From: a virus
Reading direction: 5' to 3' (one strand)
Length of the DNA stretch: 64,000 nt
Virus record (IMG/VR): IMGVR_UViG_3300020185_000024
Coordinates: 26,667 to 90,666 of that record
The position numbers and the translations under genes are program-made. Below are positions 37,858 through 49,300 of this stretch, piece after piece (within the stretch, counting starts at the first letter, position 1; each line of letters begins with the position of its first letter). The notes below the pieces were generated by a model. The model was not told the DNA's origin. It was given only the letters and a program-made list of their open reading frames with translations, and did no database searches.

Positions 37858-40133
37858 TGGCTGCAAATAGATTTACACGAAGACAAGTATATTCTGATTT
37901 TCAACCATTATCTATGGAAGATATGTTGATGCCAGTACAAGCTACTCAACAAAATCATAATAACATTATTACTCTTGGAGATGATATAGATGCTTCTTTA
38001 AAAGATACTAAGCAATTAAGTGTTCACGATGATTTAGTTAAAGCAGAAGTAGATAAATTATCTAAAGGTATTAACGATGTAACTAATAGACTTACTGAAG
38101 AAGGATATAGTCCTGAAATGTTTAGAGAGGTTAGAAATCTCAAAAGACAAAGAGATAAAGCATTTAGTAGTACAGGTGTTATAGGTAAGGCAGGTGGAAT
38201 TTATGATAGTTATCAAGCTAACGTAAAAGAAATAGATTCTAATAAGGATATGTCAGCCGAAGATAAAGATGCTGCAAAAAACTTTGCTTATAGTAGATAC
38301 GTTAAAAATAAAGGTTTAAACGAAGAAGGTGGAATTGCTGACTATCAAAGCTTTGGAGGAACTAAATCTATAAATTATCAACAGAGAGCTGTAGATTATG
38401 CAAACGAAATTAAAGCTAAAACAACTGAATCATATAGAGGAGAAGTTTTTGAAGATTCTGAAGGAAATTTAAGAACAGTAGCAGATAAGACAGTTGTACT
38501 ATCTGCTCAAGATATTCAAGAAAGAGTTGCAGGAGCAATGGGGAATGACCCTGAAGTTATGAACTATATGAATTTTTTATCTCAGACAAGAGGACTTGAT
38601 GAAAAAGGTGTAAGCGATCTTTTATATAATGCGTCAGCAGTCGCAGGAAATTTAAAAATGCAAAATGATTCATATGAGTCTATAAAAGGTTTAGGTAAAG
38701 GTGCTGGTGCTGGTAAGAATGATTATTTACTTGATAACCGTTTAATAACTGTAGCTGGAGGAAAATATATTTTAATGGAAGGCGACTTATTAAATAGAAA
38801 AGAAGAAATAGAAAGACTACAAAATTCAGAAGATCCTGCTGATAATATTAAAGCTAGAAGATTTCAAGAAGAGTTAGATCTTACTGTAAAAGAATTTGAT
38901 GAAAATGAAGGCAAAGCATTTAAAGAAGAAGTAGAAAATAAAAAATCACATATTACTTCAGCATTAGAAAGAGCATATCTTCCTGAAAATTTAAAAGCAA
39001 TGTCTGAAGAAGAATTAATAGGAACTATGTATGATTTAGGTATACCTACAGCATATATGGAAAATGGAGAAGTTCACTCTTATAATTCTAGAGTTGCTAC
39101 AACGGGTCCTGTAAGCGAATTATCAAAACAATTATATAATTTGTATAATTCAGAAGCTTTTAAAGAAGTTAAAAATGATATCTTAAATAGTATTCCTAAC
39201 GATAAAGACAAATACTCTATTCAAAAATTAGAAAAAATAAAAGAAACTGCAAAACAAGAAGATAAAAATATAGCTCTTAAAAAAATTGGCAAATACATAG
39301 ATATGCCAAACATGTTAGAGACTTCTCAAGAAGAATATCAAAAAGCTCTAAATGAACATTTAGAAAACGATGTTCAAGATTTCAAAGAACAAAAAACTGA
39401 AATAAGACCTGCTCACGGAAACTTTGATCATATTACAGAAAACTTGACTTCTGCTTTAACTGGCGAAGGTATAGGAGGTTTTATAGTTAAAAATGTAAAA
39501 GGTACAGAATTATCAGATGAAGAATCTTATGATAAATATCGACAAGATTTTAAAAACAACTATATTACTAATATAAAACCTGTAGCATTTATAAAAGGGG
39601 GATCTTATAGAAATCCTAGAGTAAGAATTAAAGTACACTTTGAAAAGTCAAATACAGATGGTCTAATGGAAATAGAAATGAATGGAGAAGATGTATCTGG
39701 AACAGGCATATCTTATTCAGATGCCATATTTGAAGCTTTAAATTACACCAGAAACCCAGTAACAGGAAAGGTTGAAAAAGTTGTTAACGGAGCTGCAACA
39801 GCTAAAGATTTTACAGATGATATAGCTTATCAAGGATTACTTGCCTCTAGAAGTTTAGACTTTAATATGACTGAAGAGTTAAATAGAGATAATAGATTTG
39901 GAAAAGACAAAGTAAACACTATTAAGCAAAAATTAGGAGGAGGTTCTCAAAGTTCTCTTAATGTTTTTCAAGAAGGACAAGGTTATAAAATTATGGTAGA
40001 TAAAAAACCTATAACTTGGGGAGATCTTAAAAAAATGGGATATGATGTACCTAGAAATGCTAGTGTTAATGATAAAATAACTATGTCAAATCCAGGAGCA
40101 GCGTTTGAACTTTTAGATGTAATAGGAAAATAA
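37857..40133 (+). CDS. Virion cargo/ejection protein 2
   Basis: MAANRF..Y..FQPLS.E..L.P N-terminus, helical, Cys-free; syntenic position. Confidence 0.6.
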   Translation: MAANRFTRRQVYSDFQPLSMEDMLMPVQATQQNHNNIITLGDDIDASLKDTKQLSVHDDLVKAEVDKLSKGINDVTNRLTEEGYSPEMFREVRNLKRQRDKAFSSTGVIGKAGGIYDSYQANVKEIDSNKDMSAEDKDAAKNFAYSRYVKNKGLNEEGGIADYQSFGGTKSINYQQRAVDYANEIKAKTTESYRGEVFEDSEGNLRTVADKTVVLSAQDIQERVAGAMGNDPEVMNYMNFLSQTRGLDEKGVSDLLYNASAVAGNLKMQNDSYESIKGLGKGAGAGKNDYLLDNRLITVAGGKYILMEGDLLNRKEEIERLQNSEDPADNIKARRFQEELDLTVKEFDENEGKAFKEEVENKKSHITSALERAYLPENLKAMSEEELIGTMYDLGIPTAYMENGEVHSYNSRVATTGPVSELSKQLYNLYNSEAFKEVKNDILNSIPNDKDKYSIQKLEKIKETAKQEDKNIALKKIGKYIDMPNMLETSQEEYQKALNEHLENDVQDFKEQKTEIRPAHGNFDHITENLTSALTGEGIGGFIVKNVKGTELSDEESYDKYRQDFKNNYITNIKPVAFIKGGSYRNPRVRIKVHFEKSNTDGLMEIEMNGEDVSGTGISYSDAIFEALNYTRNPVTGKVEKVVNGAATAKDFTDDIAYQGLLASRSLDFNMTEELNRDNRFGKDKVNTIKQKLGGGSQSSLNVFQEGQGYKIMVDKKPITWGDLKKMGYDVPRNASVNDKITMSNPGAAFELLDVIGK

Positions 40134-40138
40134 TAATT

Positions 40139-43100
40139 ATGAGCAACGAATATATAATGTCAAGCGAAGATGTAAAATTGTTGAACTCTCAAAAAGACTC
40201 AACATCATTTACTCCTAGTTCTTTACAGTCTTCTAAGCCTTTAGATCCAAGTAATTATTTACATCCCCAACAACTTCAATCAACAGAAGATGTTAAACCT
40301 GAGAGTTTGCCTGAGAACGAACTTAATACTGTACCTGATATTGCAGCTCAGGAAGCTCCAAAAAATCTTATTAATACTTCAGGACCAAGTGAAATACCAG
40401 AAGGAGAGAAAGCTCCTATTACAGATTCTGAAAACCCTTTAGATTCTGCAAAAGATTATTCTAGTGTAGAATCTTCTGCAAGCCTAAGAAAAAGCATCAG
40501 CTTATACGAAAGCGCAAATAAAATTAATAGTATAGCTGGAATAGAAGAAAGTCACGGAAAAGATCTTACTTCTATGAGTATAGATGAAGTTATAGCTTTT
40601 CAAAAAAGTAGAGGACAAGCTGCAGGAAAAGCTGCTGGGTTATATCAATTTATGCCTGACACATTAAAAAGAATAGCCAATAAAGTCGGAATAACAGGAG
40701 ACCAAAAATTTGATTTAGAAACTCAAAATAGACTAGCTCATGCTCAATTAGAAGAATTAGGCTTAGACGCTTATCAAAAAGGTCAAATGTCTTTAGAAAA
40801 ATTTGCTAAACGTGTAGCAGGTGTTTGGGCAGCATTTCCAGTTTTAGAAGACACGGTTATTGATGATAGGCATGGGTACAGAGAATTAAAAAGAGGAGAT
40901 TCTTATTATAAAAGTGTAGGAAACAATAAAGCTAATGTGACTCCAGAAGAGTTCATAAAAATGATATCGAATGCTGCTACAGAAGAATCTCAACCTGAAG
41001 AAATTTTAAATCCAGATGGAACTTCTAGATTAGATGATCAACAAAAAGCTAAGTTAAACGAGATATTTGCAATGAATACGGCTCCTACTATGCAAGGAGG
41101 TCATCATTCTTATGTTACTACTGATAAAAAGTACGATAAAGAAGATAATTTTATTAAAGGAGACATAGGAGCTTATAGAGCAGCTAGACAATCTACTTTA
41201 AATAAAGTAGGCTCTACGTTATCTAGAATAGCAGTAAACACTGGCTTATCTGCTGTAGGATATTTAGCTGCTGTAGCAGATATAGAAGATTATAATAATC
41301 AAGACGATGAAGTAGGAAACTTAGTTACTAATACTATGGAAGAATGGAAAGCTTCCTTTAACAAAGACTATGCTCCTATTTACAGAAAATCTAATGAACA
41401 TTTAGCTTTAGGCGATGTTGGATGGTGGTTAGAAAATGGTGCTTCTTTAGTTGAATCTATTGGAGCATTTGCTATTACAGGTGCTGTAACTGGAGGAGCT
41501 GCCTCATGGTTAGCTGGAGTATCTAAATTAGGAGCAATGGGTCAAGCTTTAGCTACATTAGCTACTTCTACAGCGTTAAATCAAGCTGAAGGAGTGACTT
41601 CTGCAGCACAAGTATATAAAGACATATACAAAGCTCAATTACAAAAAGGAATAAGCGTTAAACAAGCTAAACAAATAGCAGCAGATGCAGCAGCTAGAAC
41701 TATAAATGTAAACAGAGCCAACATACTATTAAATCTTACTTCAGCTAATATGTTTGTAGCTGCTAAAGGAGGTATAGCTGGAACTGGAAGACATATAATT
41801 CAAGAAGTTACAAAAAAGAATACTAAAAATAGAATTGTTGGAGAATCTATTCAAGAATTTGCAGAAGAAGAAATTAACCTTATAGCTGATAAAGCAGGTA
41901 GAGCTTTTGGAGAAGGTCGTAGTTATACTACTACTGACATAGTTAATGATTTAAGTACTGCAGAAGCAGTAGAAGCTGGTTTATTAGGAGCTGTTGGTGG
42001 TGCAGGACAAACTGCATTATCTGCAGGAATAGGTAATATAGAATCTAAAGGTTATAAAGGATATGGAGCTTATAAAGGAAAATATGCTAAACAAAGAGAA
42101 AACTTTAAAAAGCAACAAGAAGTTATAAAGCAATTTGAAAGTATTTCTGAAACTGATAACATACCTTCAATGAGCGATGTATTTGCATCTAAAGATGCTA
42201 ATGACAAAGCAAATGTAGAAATTCGAAAAATTGTAAATAAAGCTGAAGAAGAAAACAGAGATCTTTCAGAAGATGAAAAAACAAGTATAAATGATATTTT
42301 AAAAAATAATTTATATCAACAAGCAACTCTAGGATTAAAAACTGGAACTGTTGGAGTACTTGTAGATACTTATGAAAAAATATTAAATCTTTCTGAAGAA
42401 GAAGCAAAGGCTAAAGGACTTAACACAAAACAATCAGACGAAAAAGGTTATTATAAGACTGTTGCTCAAGAAGCATTAGATGATATAGCTGCTGCAGAAA
42501 AACAATATAATAAATCAGGAGAATATGGAGATAACAGAATTCCTGTTACTCTAAATAGAATGACTAGAAATAAAACTTCTAGAGATGTTGATTACCATAT
42601 ATCTGCTTTAGAACAGTTAGAGCAGACAATGGAAGCAGATAAAGAAAAAGGTAAACCTGTAAATGAAGCAGATAAAGCTTCAATTGGCTATCTTAAAGCT
42701 AATATTAAAGTAGAAAATGCCAAATTAGCAATATTAGATGAAGAATATAAAAATTTAACTAATAAAGAAAATGTTAAAACTAAAAGAGATAAAACTTTTT
42801 CTAAAAAAATAGAATCTGAAATAGTTACTGCTGAAGATACAGATTCTGCTGTAGCTACATTAGCTAAAGTAGAAGCTTCTAACTTACCCGAAGAAGATAA
42901 AAATAACCTAAGAGGTAAACTTAATAAAAAAATATCAGAACTTCAAGAAGCTGAAGCTCAAGAAAAGAAAGAAGAAGTAAAAACTGAAACTAAGTCTATA
43001 GTAAATAAAAGATTAGAAAAAATTAGAGCCCAAAATAAAAAGAGGTATGACGAAGCTAAAGAACGTTATGAAAGAGCTACTCAGTCTATAGATTTAAAAG

Positions 43101-46100
43101 GAAATGAAGAATCTAGAAACTCAGCTATACAACAAATACAAGATGCTAAAAAAGAACTAAGAGAGGCTTCTAAAGTATATGAAGAAATTGAAGCTGCTCA
43201 AAGAAATATAAAAGATCTCAGAACTAGGTTAGAAGCTGAAAAACTTAAAAAGCTAATAAAAGAAAAAAAAGAATTAGATAAAGAAAGAAGAAAGTTATTA
43301 AAGCAAAGAAGAAAAGCTGTACAATATGGAAGAGATACTATAGATATTCAAAATAGATTGGATTCTGTAACAGCTAAAATTAAAAATGTTATTAAAGCTT
43401 TAGAAACTATAGCAGAAGCTAAAAAAGAAATATCAAAATTAAAGCAAGAAAAACTTAAAAAACTTCTTCAAAAGAAAAAGAAAGATAGAGAAGATAAGAT
43501 TAAAAAAGTTCAAGAGGCTCAAAAAGCTGCAGATGAATTAATCAACGAAAGATTAGAAAAAGAATATGGAACTTCTGTAAGTATTTTTGATGATATATCA
43601 GATAATCATGTAAGGCTTATAGATATGGCTGAAAATGGAGAAGAGATTCTTCAAAAAGAACTTCCTCAATTAAATGAAGCCATAGACTATTTATATTCTA
43701 TATATAAAAAATTAAACGAATTAAAACTTCCTTCTAATACAAAAGAAAGAATAGAATACAATTTAACATTAGATGCTATATCTGAAATTCAAAAAGAATT
43801 AGATGCATCAATAAGTCACTTAGTAAATTATGGAACTCTCTACAAAACAGGACAAGAACTTCAAAAAATTAAATCTAAAGAGCAGGTTGAAGATGCTAAC
43901 TTTAAATACAAAGAATCAGAAAGAACTGCTGAAGAAACTGAGCAATTAGTAAAAGAATATGATGATTCTATAGAAGAAAAAGAAAACGAAGTCGATGAAC
44001 AATTACAATTGGCTTTAGATTTTCCTGTTGTAGAATTGTCAGAAGACGAAGAATCATCTTCAACAATAGAAGAATCTGTAGACATGGGGTCTTCTCAATT
44101 AGAATTATTTGAAGATTCTGAAGAAGAAGTTGAGCTTTCTCCAAAAGATATTCAAGATGAAGCAGAAGCAGACTCAGATGAAGATAGAGCAAATGCAGCA
44201 TTAGCTGCACTGTCTCCTAGTACAGAATCAGGTCCTATAAAAGCTGATATAGAAGAAAAAGGACAAGAAGAATTAGATATAAAAGCAGGAGACAATGAAG
44301 GATTTTCAGAAGCTTCTATAGGAATACTCATAAATGACACTTCTGTTAAAGTAGATACAACAGTAGATGGTCAAGGAACTACAATAATAAAAGTTAAAAG
44401 CGGTAGTGGAGAAATAATAGGAGCCATTTCCATAGGTAATGAAAAAGATGGCTATGAGGGAATATCTATAAATGTAGCATCAAAATATCAAAGTAAAGGT
44501 ATATCTAAACACTTGTATAACTTAGCGTTAGCTAATGCTAAATCTAGAGGACTTAAAGGATTGTATTCTGTAGATAATACTCTTAAGACAGCAGATAAAA
44601 GTAAATCTTCAAGAAAGAATTTTGTAACAAGTCAGGTTTCACAAGATTCTAAAATGAGAAAAGAAATAGAATCAGAACTTATAAATGAATTAAAAGGGGA
44701 AAAAGGTTCTCCTATTACACTCATAACAGATGTCTCAGATTCTTTTGTGGAGAATGGTGCTACTAAATATGCTGAATTATCTGCTTTAGAACAAGAACAG
44801 TCACAAGAACAATCTGAAGAAGATGTTAATGATGATGTTAATGAAGACTTAGGTTTAGATCCAGAAACAGCAGATGAAATAAGAACTTACGAAGGTGAAA
44901 ATGTTAGCAGTAATGAGCTGATGATTGAGTCTAGTAATGCAAAAGATACTCATCCTGGTTCTAGAGGAGTAGAAGTCAAAAATCATCAAAATGAACAAGC
45001 TTATGAAGAATGGTTGTTTACTCCTGGAAATAAAGTAGGAACTAGAGTAAGAATAAGTATTAACTTTGGAGAAGGAGAAGGACAAACAAATAAAGCATAC
45101 TATCAACAAGGAAGTGTTGCTGACGATAACATTTTTATCAAAGTTGAATTTTTAAATCCTGATGGAACTCCTATAACTGTAGGAGGTGTTCCAGTAATCT
45201 CTAGTATGTGGAATACTAAAAGAGCAGATGGAAGTCCTAGAGAAAATGACCCAGCTTCTCAAATAGCATTAGAAGAACAAAGGGCACTTATATTAGAAAG
45301 ACTTAGACAGGAAGATTCTGTAGAAACTGTAATACAAGAACAGCTTCCTGCTGCTTTTAAAGAAGAAATAGGAGCTAACAATAATATTGCTGAAGTATTT
45401 GATAGCAAAATAGAAGATTTAGAATTTGGAGTTGTTAGAAATGATGGTAACTATGCTACTATACCTGATACAAATGAATTAGACGGTGATTTAGGAGCTT
45501 TTGCTTCTGTCCCTAAAGTTGCAGGTAGATTATATATCAAAATACCTAATAACATGAATGAAACAGTTCCTGCTCTTCTTAATATTAGATTTGTAAATAA
45601 AAAAGAAGCAGATTTCATAATAGATCTTTATAAAGATATTCTTGAAAATCTAGACCAAGAATTTAGAAATTCAGAAATATCTGAAGAATTATGGGAAAGA
45701 TTTGAAGAATTGATTCCTGGAGATATTCAAGATATGTTAGGAGATGTTCCTACTTACGCTAATGTTTTAGATTTTTTAATTTATAATGAAAATGCCAGTA
45801 AGAATCCTGACAAACTTTTGACTACTGATAATGGAGTTTTAAATTTTGGATTAGACAAAGTAAGTGCTCATCAAATAGATGATCAAAGAGCTTCCTTAGT
45901 AGACTTTTTTATTAACACTCAAAGAAGAAGAGTAGATATAGAAAAATTATCTGATCCTAAGTCTTCTTATAGAGAACATATAATAACTCAAAATATATTG
46001 AGTACATCTATAGCTATGGGCCCTGTCAAATTTGAAAGAAGAATTAATACTGACGATGCTATTTATAAAGGTAGCATATATATGAAACCTTTAAGCAATC

Positions 46101-46363
46101 CTAAAGTGAAAAATGCTACAGAGACTAAAGAAGACAAAATAAAATTAGCAGGACAAGAGATTGCTGCAAAACTTCAAGCAGTAAATCCTCCAACAGGTAA
46201 AGAGATTACTAAACCAGTAAAAGAAACAACTAATGATGCTGAAGATTCTTCTGACCCATTAGCAAAGTTTAAAGAAGAAGGTAAAAAAAGAGCTAGACCT
46301 AGCAAAAAAATGCTTAGATTTGGCAAAGATGAGGATCAAAATCCTTGTAAAACAATAAATTAG
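40139..46363 (+). CDS. Giant ejection protein (lysozyme-like domain, membrane-insertion segments, coiled coil, GNAT-like domain)
   Basis: AAGLYQFMPDTL...WAAFP muramidase motif; Gly/Ala-rich hydrophobic helices; YQSKGISKHLY GNAT motif A. Confidence 0.75.
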   Translation: MSNEYIMSSEDVKLLNSQKDSTSFTPSSLQSSKPLDPSNYLHPQQLQSTEDVKPESLPENELNTVPDIAAQEAPKNLINTSGPSEIPEGEKAPITDSENPLDSAKDYSSVESSASLRKSISLYESANKINSIAGIEESHGKDLTSMSIDEVIAFQKSRGQAAGKAAGLYQFMPDTLKRIANKVGITGDQKFDLETQNRLAHAQLEELGLDAYQKGQMSLEKFAKRVAGVWAAFPVLEDTVIDDRHGYRELKRGDSYYKSVGNNKANVTPEEFIKMISNAATEESQPEEILNPDGTSRLDDQQKAKLNEIFAMNTAPTMQGGHHSYVTTDKKYDKEDNFIKGDIGAYRAARQSTLNKVGSTLSRIAVNTGLSAVGYLAAVADIEDYNNQDDEVGNLVTNTMEEWKASFNKDYAPIYRKSNEHLALGDVGWWLENGASLVESIGAFAITGAVTGGAASWLAGVSKLGAMGQALATLATSTALNQAEGVTSAAQVYKDIYKAQLQKGISVKQAKQIAADAAARTINVNRANILLNLTSANMFVAAKGGIAGTGRHIIQEVTKKNTKNRIVGESIQEFAEEEINLIADKAGRAFGEGRSYTTTDIVNDLSTAEAVEAGLLGAVGGAGQTALSAGIGNIESKGYKGYGAYKGKYAKQRENFKKQQEVIKQFESISETDNIPSMSDVFASKDANDKANVEIRKIVNKAEEENRDLSEDEKTSINDILKNNLYQQATLGLKTGTVGVLVDTYEKILNLSEEEAKAKGLNTKQSDEKGYYKTVAQEALDDIAAAEKQYNKSGEYGDNRIPVTLNRMTRNKTSRDVDYHISALEQLEQTMEADKEKGKPVNEADKASIGYLKANIKVENAKLAILDEEYKNLTNKENVKTKRDKTFSKKIESEIVTAEDTDSAVATLAKVEASNLPEEDKNNLRGKLNKKISELQEAEAQEKKEEVKTETKSIVNKRLEKIRAQNKKRYDEAKERYERATQSIDLKGNEESRNSAIQQIQDAKKELREASKVYEEIEAAQRNIKDLRTRLEAEKLKKLIKEKKELDKERRKLLKQRRKAVQYGRDTIDIQNRLDSVTAKIKNVIKALETIAEAKKEISKLKQEKLKKLLQKKKKDREDKIKKVQEAQKAADELINERLEKEYGTSVSIFDDISDNHVRLIDMAENGEEILQKELPQLNEAIDYLYSIYKKLNELKLPSNTKERIEYNLTLDAISEIQKELDASISHLVNYGTLYKTGQELQKIKSKEQVEDANFKYKESERTAEETEQLVKEYDDSIEEKENEVDEQLQLALDFPVVELSEDEESSSTIEESVDMGSSQLELFEDSEEEVELSPKDIQDEAEADSDEDRANAALAALSPSTESGPIKADIEEKGQEELDIKAGDNEGFSEASIGILINDTSVKVDTTVDGQGTTIIKVKSGSGEIIGAISIGNEKDGYEGISINVASKYQSKGISKHLYNLALANAKSRGLKGLYSVDNTLKTADKSKSSRKNFVTSQVSQDSKMRKEIESELINELKGEKGSPITLITDVSDSFVENGATKYAELSALEQEQSQEQSEEDVNDDVNEDLGLDPETADEIRTYEGENVSSNELMIESSNAKDTHPGSRGVEVKNHQNEQAYEEWLFTPGNKVGTRVRISINFGEGEGQTNKAYYQQGSVADDNIFIKVEFLNPDGTPITVGGVPVISSMWNTKRADGSPRENDPASQIALEEQRALILERLRQEDSVETVIQEQLPAAFKEEIGANNNIAEVFDSKIEDLEFGVVRNDGNYATIPDTNELDGDLGAFASVPKVAGRLYIKIPNNMNETVPALLNIRFVNKKEADFIIDLYKDILENLDQEFRNSEISEELWERFEELIPGDIQDMLGDVPTYANVLDFLIYNENASKNPDKLLTTDNGVLNFGLDKVSAHQIDDQRASLVDFFINTQRRRVDIEKLSDPKSSYREHIITQNILSTSIAMGPVKFERRINTDDAIYKGSIYMKPLSNPKVKNATETKEDKIKLAGQEIAAKLQAVNPPTGKEITKPVKETTNDAEDSSDPLAKFKEEGKKRARPSKKMLRFGKDEDQNPCKTIN

Positions 46364-46366
46364 AAT

Positions 46367-49300
46367 ATGGATTGTAAATTAACAAGTCTTCAAGACGAAT
46401 TATTAAAGTATCTTCCTGAAGGTAATGATGCTCAAGAACAATATAACGCATTATTCAGTAATGAATTTAAAGAATGGTATGGAGATTGGCAAGCCCCTGA
46501 TTTTGACAGAAATTATTTAAATGAAGAAGGAGAACCTCTATTGCATAAAGGAGGAATATTTTATTCTGCATTAGATAAAACTCATATACCTATAGTAGGA
46601 GATGTTTATGATAGTTTTACTGCTGGAGAAGTTGAAGATGTAGTAGGTAAATTAGCATATGAAGTAGTAAAGTCAGGTAAAATATTAGATTTTGCTGGAG
46701 ACTTGACTGGTGAAACTGCCAATATTGGAAAAATTATTAACGATTTTATAATAAGTCAAGTCAACACTGCAGAAAGCAATAGAGACAAATATCCTAAAGG
46801 TTCTAAAGAATGGGAAAAATATAATGATGAGCGTGAAGGTTTAGATTTAATTAACGATTATAAAGCAGAATTTAAAGAAAAGGTATTAGACTTTTTAGAA
46901 TCTAGAGGAGTTAAAACTAAAAGTAAAAAAACAGAAGAGTTAGAACAAGAAGTTGTAGACGAATTAGAAACATTAGAATCTGAGGCATTAGAAGCAGTAG
47001 AGTCTGACGGATTAAATCTTACAGAAAGTTTTAGAAAGAACTCTAAAGATAATGCTACAGCTAATATAAAATTATTACTTTCTTTTCTACCTAAAATAGA
47101 AATAACAGAAGATAATAAATTTGTATATGAAAAATCTTCATATTTAAATGGAACTTCTTTTGAAGACTTTAATCATGTATTTAATAAACTTCAAGATGAG
47201 TTGTCTAATCTTGTAACATTAAATGGAGAAAATGGAAAAGTGTTAGACATGTTTGATTTAATGCTAGAAAAAGTAGGAGATCTTTCTGCTACTATGCCTG
47301 TTATGGCAGTATTAAAAGAGAGACTGCGAGAACTACCTGAATATAAAAAGACAGAATTTGTGCAAACTTTTTCTATGAGCAAGTATGATTTTATTACTAC
47401 CCTAGTTTCAGGAAAAGAAGGAAATAGAGTAGTTAAAGTAGGTACTGCTCAACAGTTTTCTGCATCTGATATTATTATAGATGCTTGGAATGTAGGCTTT
47501 GAAGAGACTTCTTCTATAAATATAAGCACTGGCAAATTTAATTCTTCTCTTATTAATAAGCAATTAGAAAGCTTAAACAAAATAAAAAAAGATCTTGAAT
47601 CAAAAAAAATTGATTCTGTAAAGTTAAAAGGGGCAATAGAAGATAGAATATTAGAAGCTTTTGAAAGTATAGGAGTAACTCCAAATAAAAAGGCTTTTAT
47701 GGCTTATATGGGAGCAGATTCTGCTGGAAATATAGAAACTGGAGAATTTAAAAATAAGTTTACTTCTATATTAAATGCTTTTATAAGACTTTCTAATATT
47801 ACCGATGAAAACATTTATGATGAAGATAGAAACATGAACAATGTTCTTAAGGACGTAATGGGCAATGTTTTAAAAGATTTAGCTAAAGAACAAGCTAAAT
47901 TTGAACCTTCCTTGACTGACGCTACTGTATTAGGTAAAGACGGTAATCAATTTTGGGAGTATTCTAAACCTTCTATGATGCATTCTTTGTTATCTCAAAT
48001 ACATAGAGGAGATTATTCTTTGTTAGATGAATTATTAGGACAACCTTATGCTAAAGGATCCAGATGGTTAAATCATATAGATGGCTTAAGAAGGCAAGGA
48101 AAGACTGAAGCTATTAAAAACATTAAGATATCTACATTTTTACAGTTTAAAGAAGAAGGTAAAGGAGACCAGGGAGAAGATTCTAAAAGTATATCTATGC
48201 CTGATTTGTTAGCGGATACTATTAACAAGACTCTTAACCATAGAAAGAATAATCCAAAAGAAGGAATAAGAAATCATAATTCTATTAATAGTACAATGAC
48301 TGCTGCAGATAAGTCTCAGCAACATCATATGGAAGGAATGCCAGCTATTAAATCTAATATTTCTGGAAATCCTTCTGATGTTAAATTCTATAATAAAGAA
48401 GTAGTAGAAACATTTAAAGATTATCTTAGAGATGAACTTAGAAGATATGCTAAAGCTTATAAAGAATTAGACACCTTACCTAAAGAAAAACTTATACTGT
48501 ATTATCATACAGACAAAGATGGAAATGTAAGAGATGAAGACTCCTTATTAGGAAATGCTTTTAATATATATTCTTTTCCAGGAATATTAGAAGCTGTTCC
48601 TGGAATACTTAATTCTGCTAAAGAAGTTATAACAGATTCTCAAGGAGAGCCTTTATTGCCTGATGCAGTAGATGCTTACGTTAAAAAGGCATTATCAGAT
48701 AAAATAGTAGAAACATATAATGCAGCTAAAAAATATCACATAGTAAAAGAAGATGGTTCTAACAATGCTATAGATAAAACTATATTAGCTTCTTATTCTG
48801 GCTCACATAAGACTTTTGCAGCTATTGCTGATTTTACTATAAATTCTCTTGTATCTAATATTGAAGGTACTAAAATGTTTAACGGAGACCCTGGGTTTTA
48901 CAAGAATCCTGCTGACTTTCTTAAACGTATACCTGCTTCTTACATAAACGGACTTACTTTAAGATTAGGTATTAAAGATGCAGAAGGAAAATTCTTAAAA
49001 GATAATGACCATGAATTTAAAGTTGCTGTATTAGCGGCAGTAGAAACTAATCCTTCAGCTTACTTAGATTCTATAACTAAAGCATTTGAAGATGCTGGAT
49101 ATTCTAAAGAAGACATAGATGACCTAAAAAAAGCATATGTTGGAGTGAATGTTACAGATGCTCAAGGATATATAACTCCTGATAGATTTAAATTCCTAAT
49201 GGAAAGATTAGGTAAAGGAACTACTCCAGAGTGGAATAGAATATATGAAAAAGCTACTACTAAAGTAGATGGCAAATGGCAACAATTAACTCCAGAAGAG

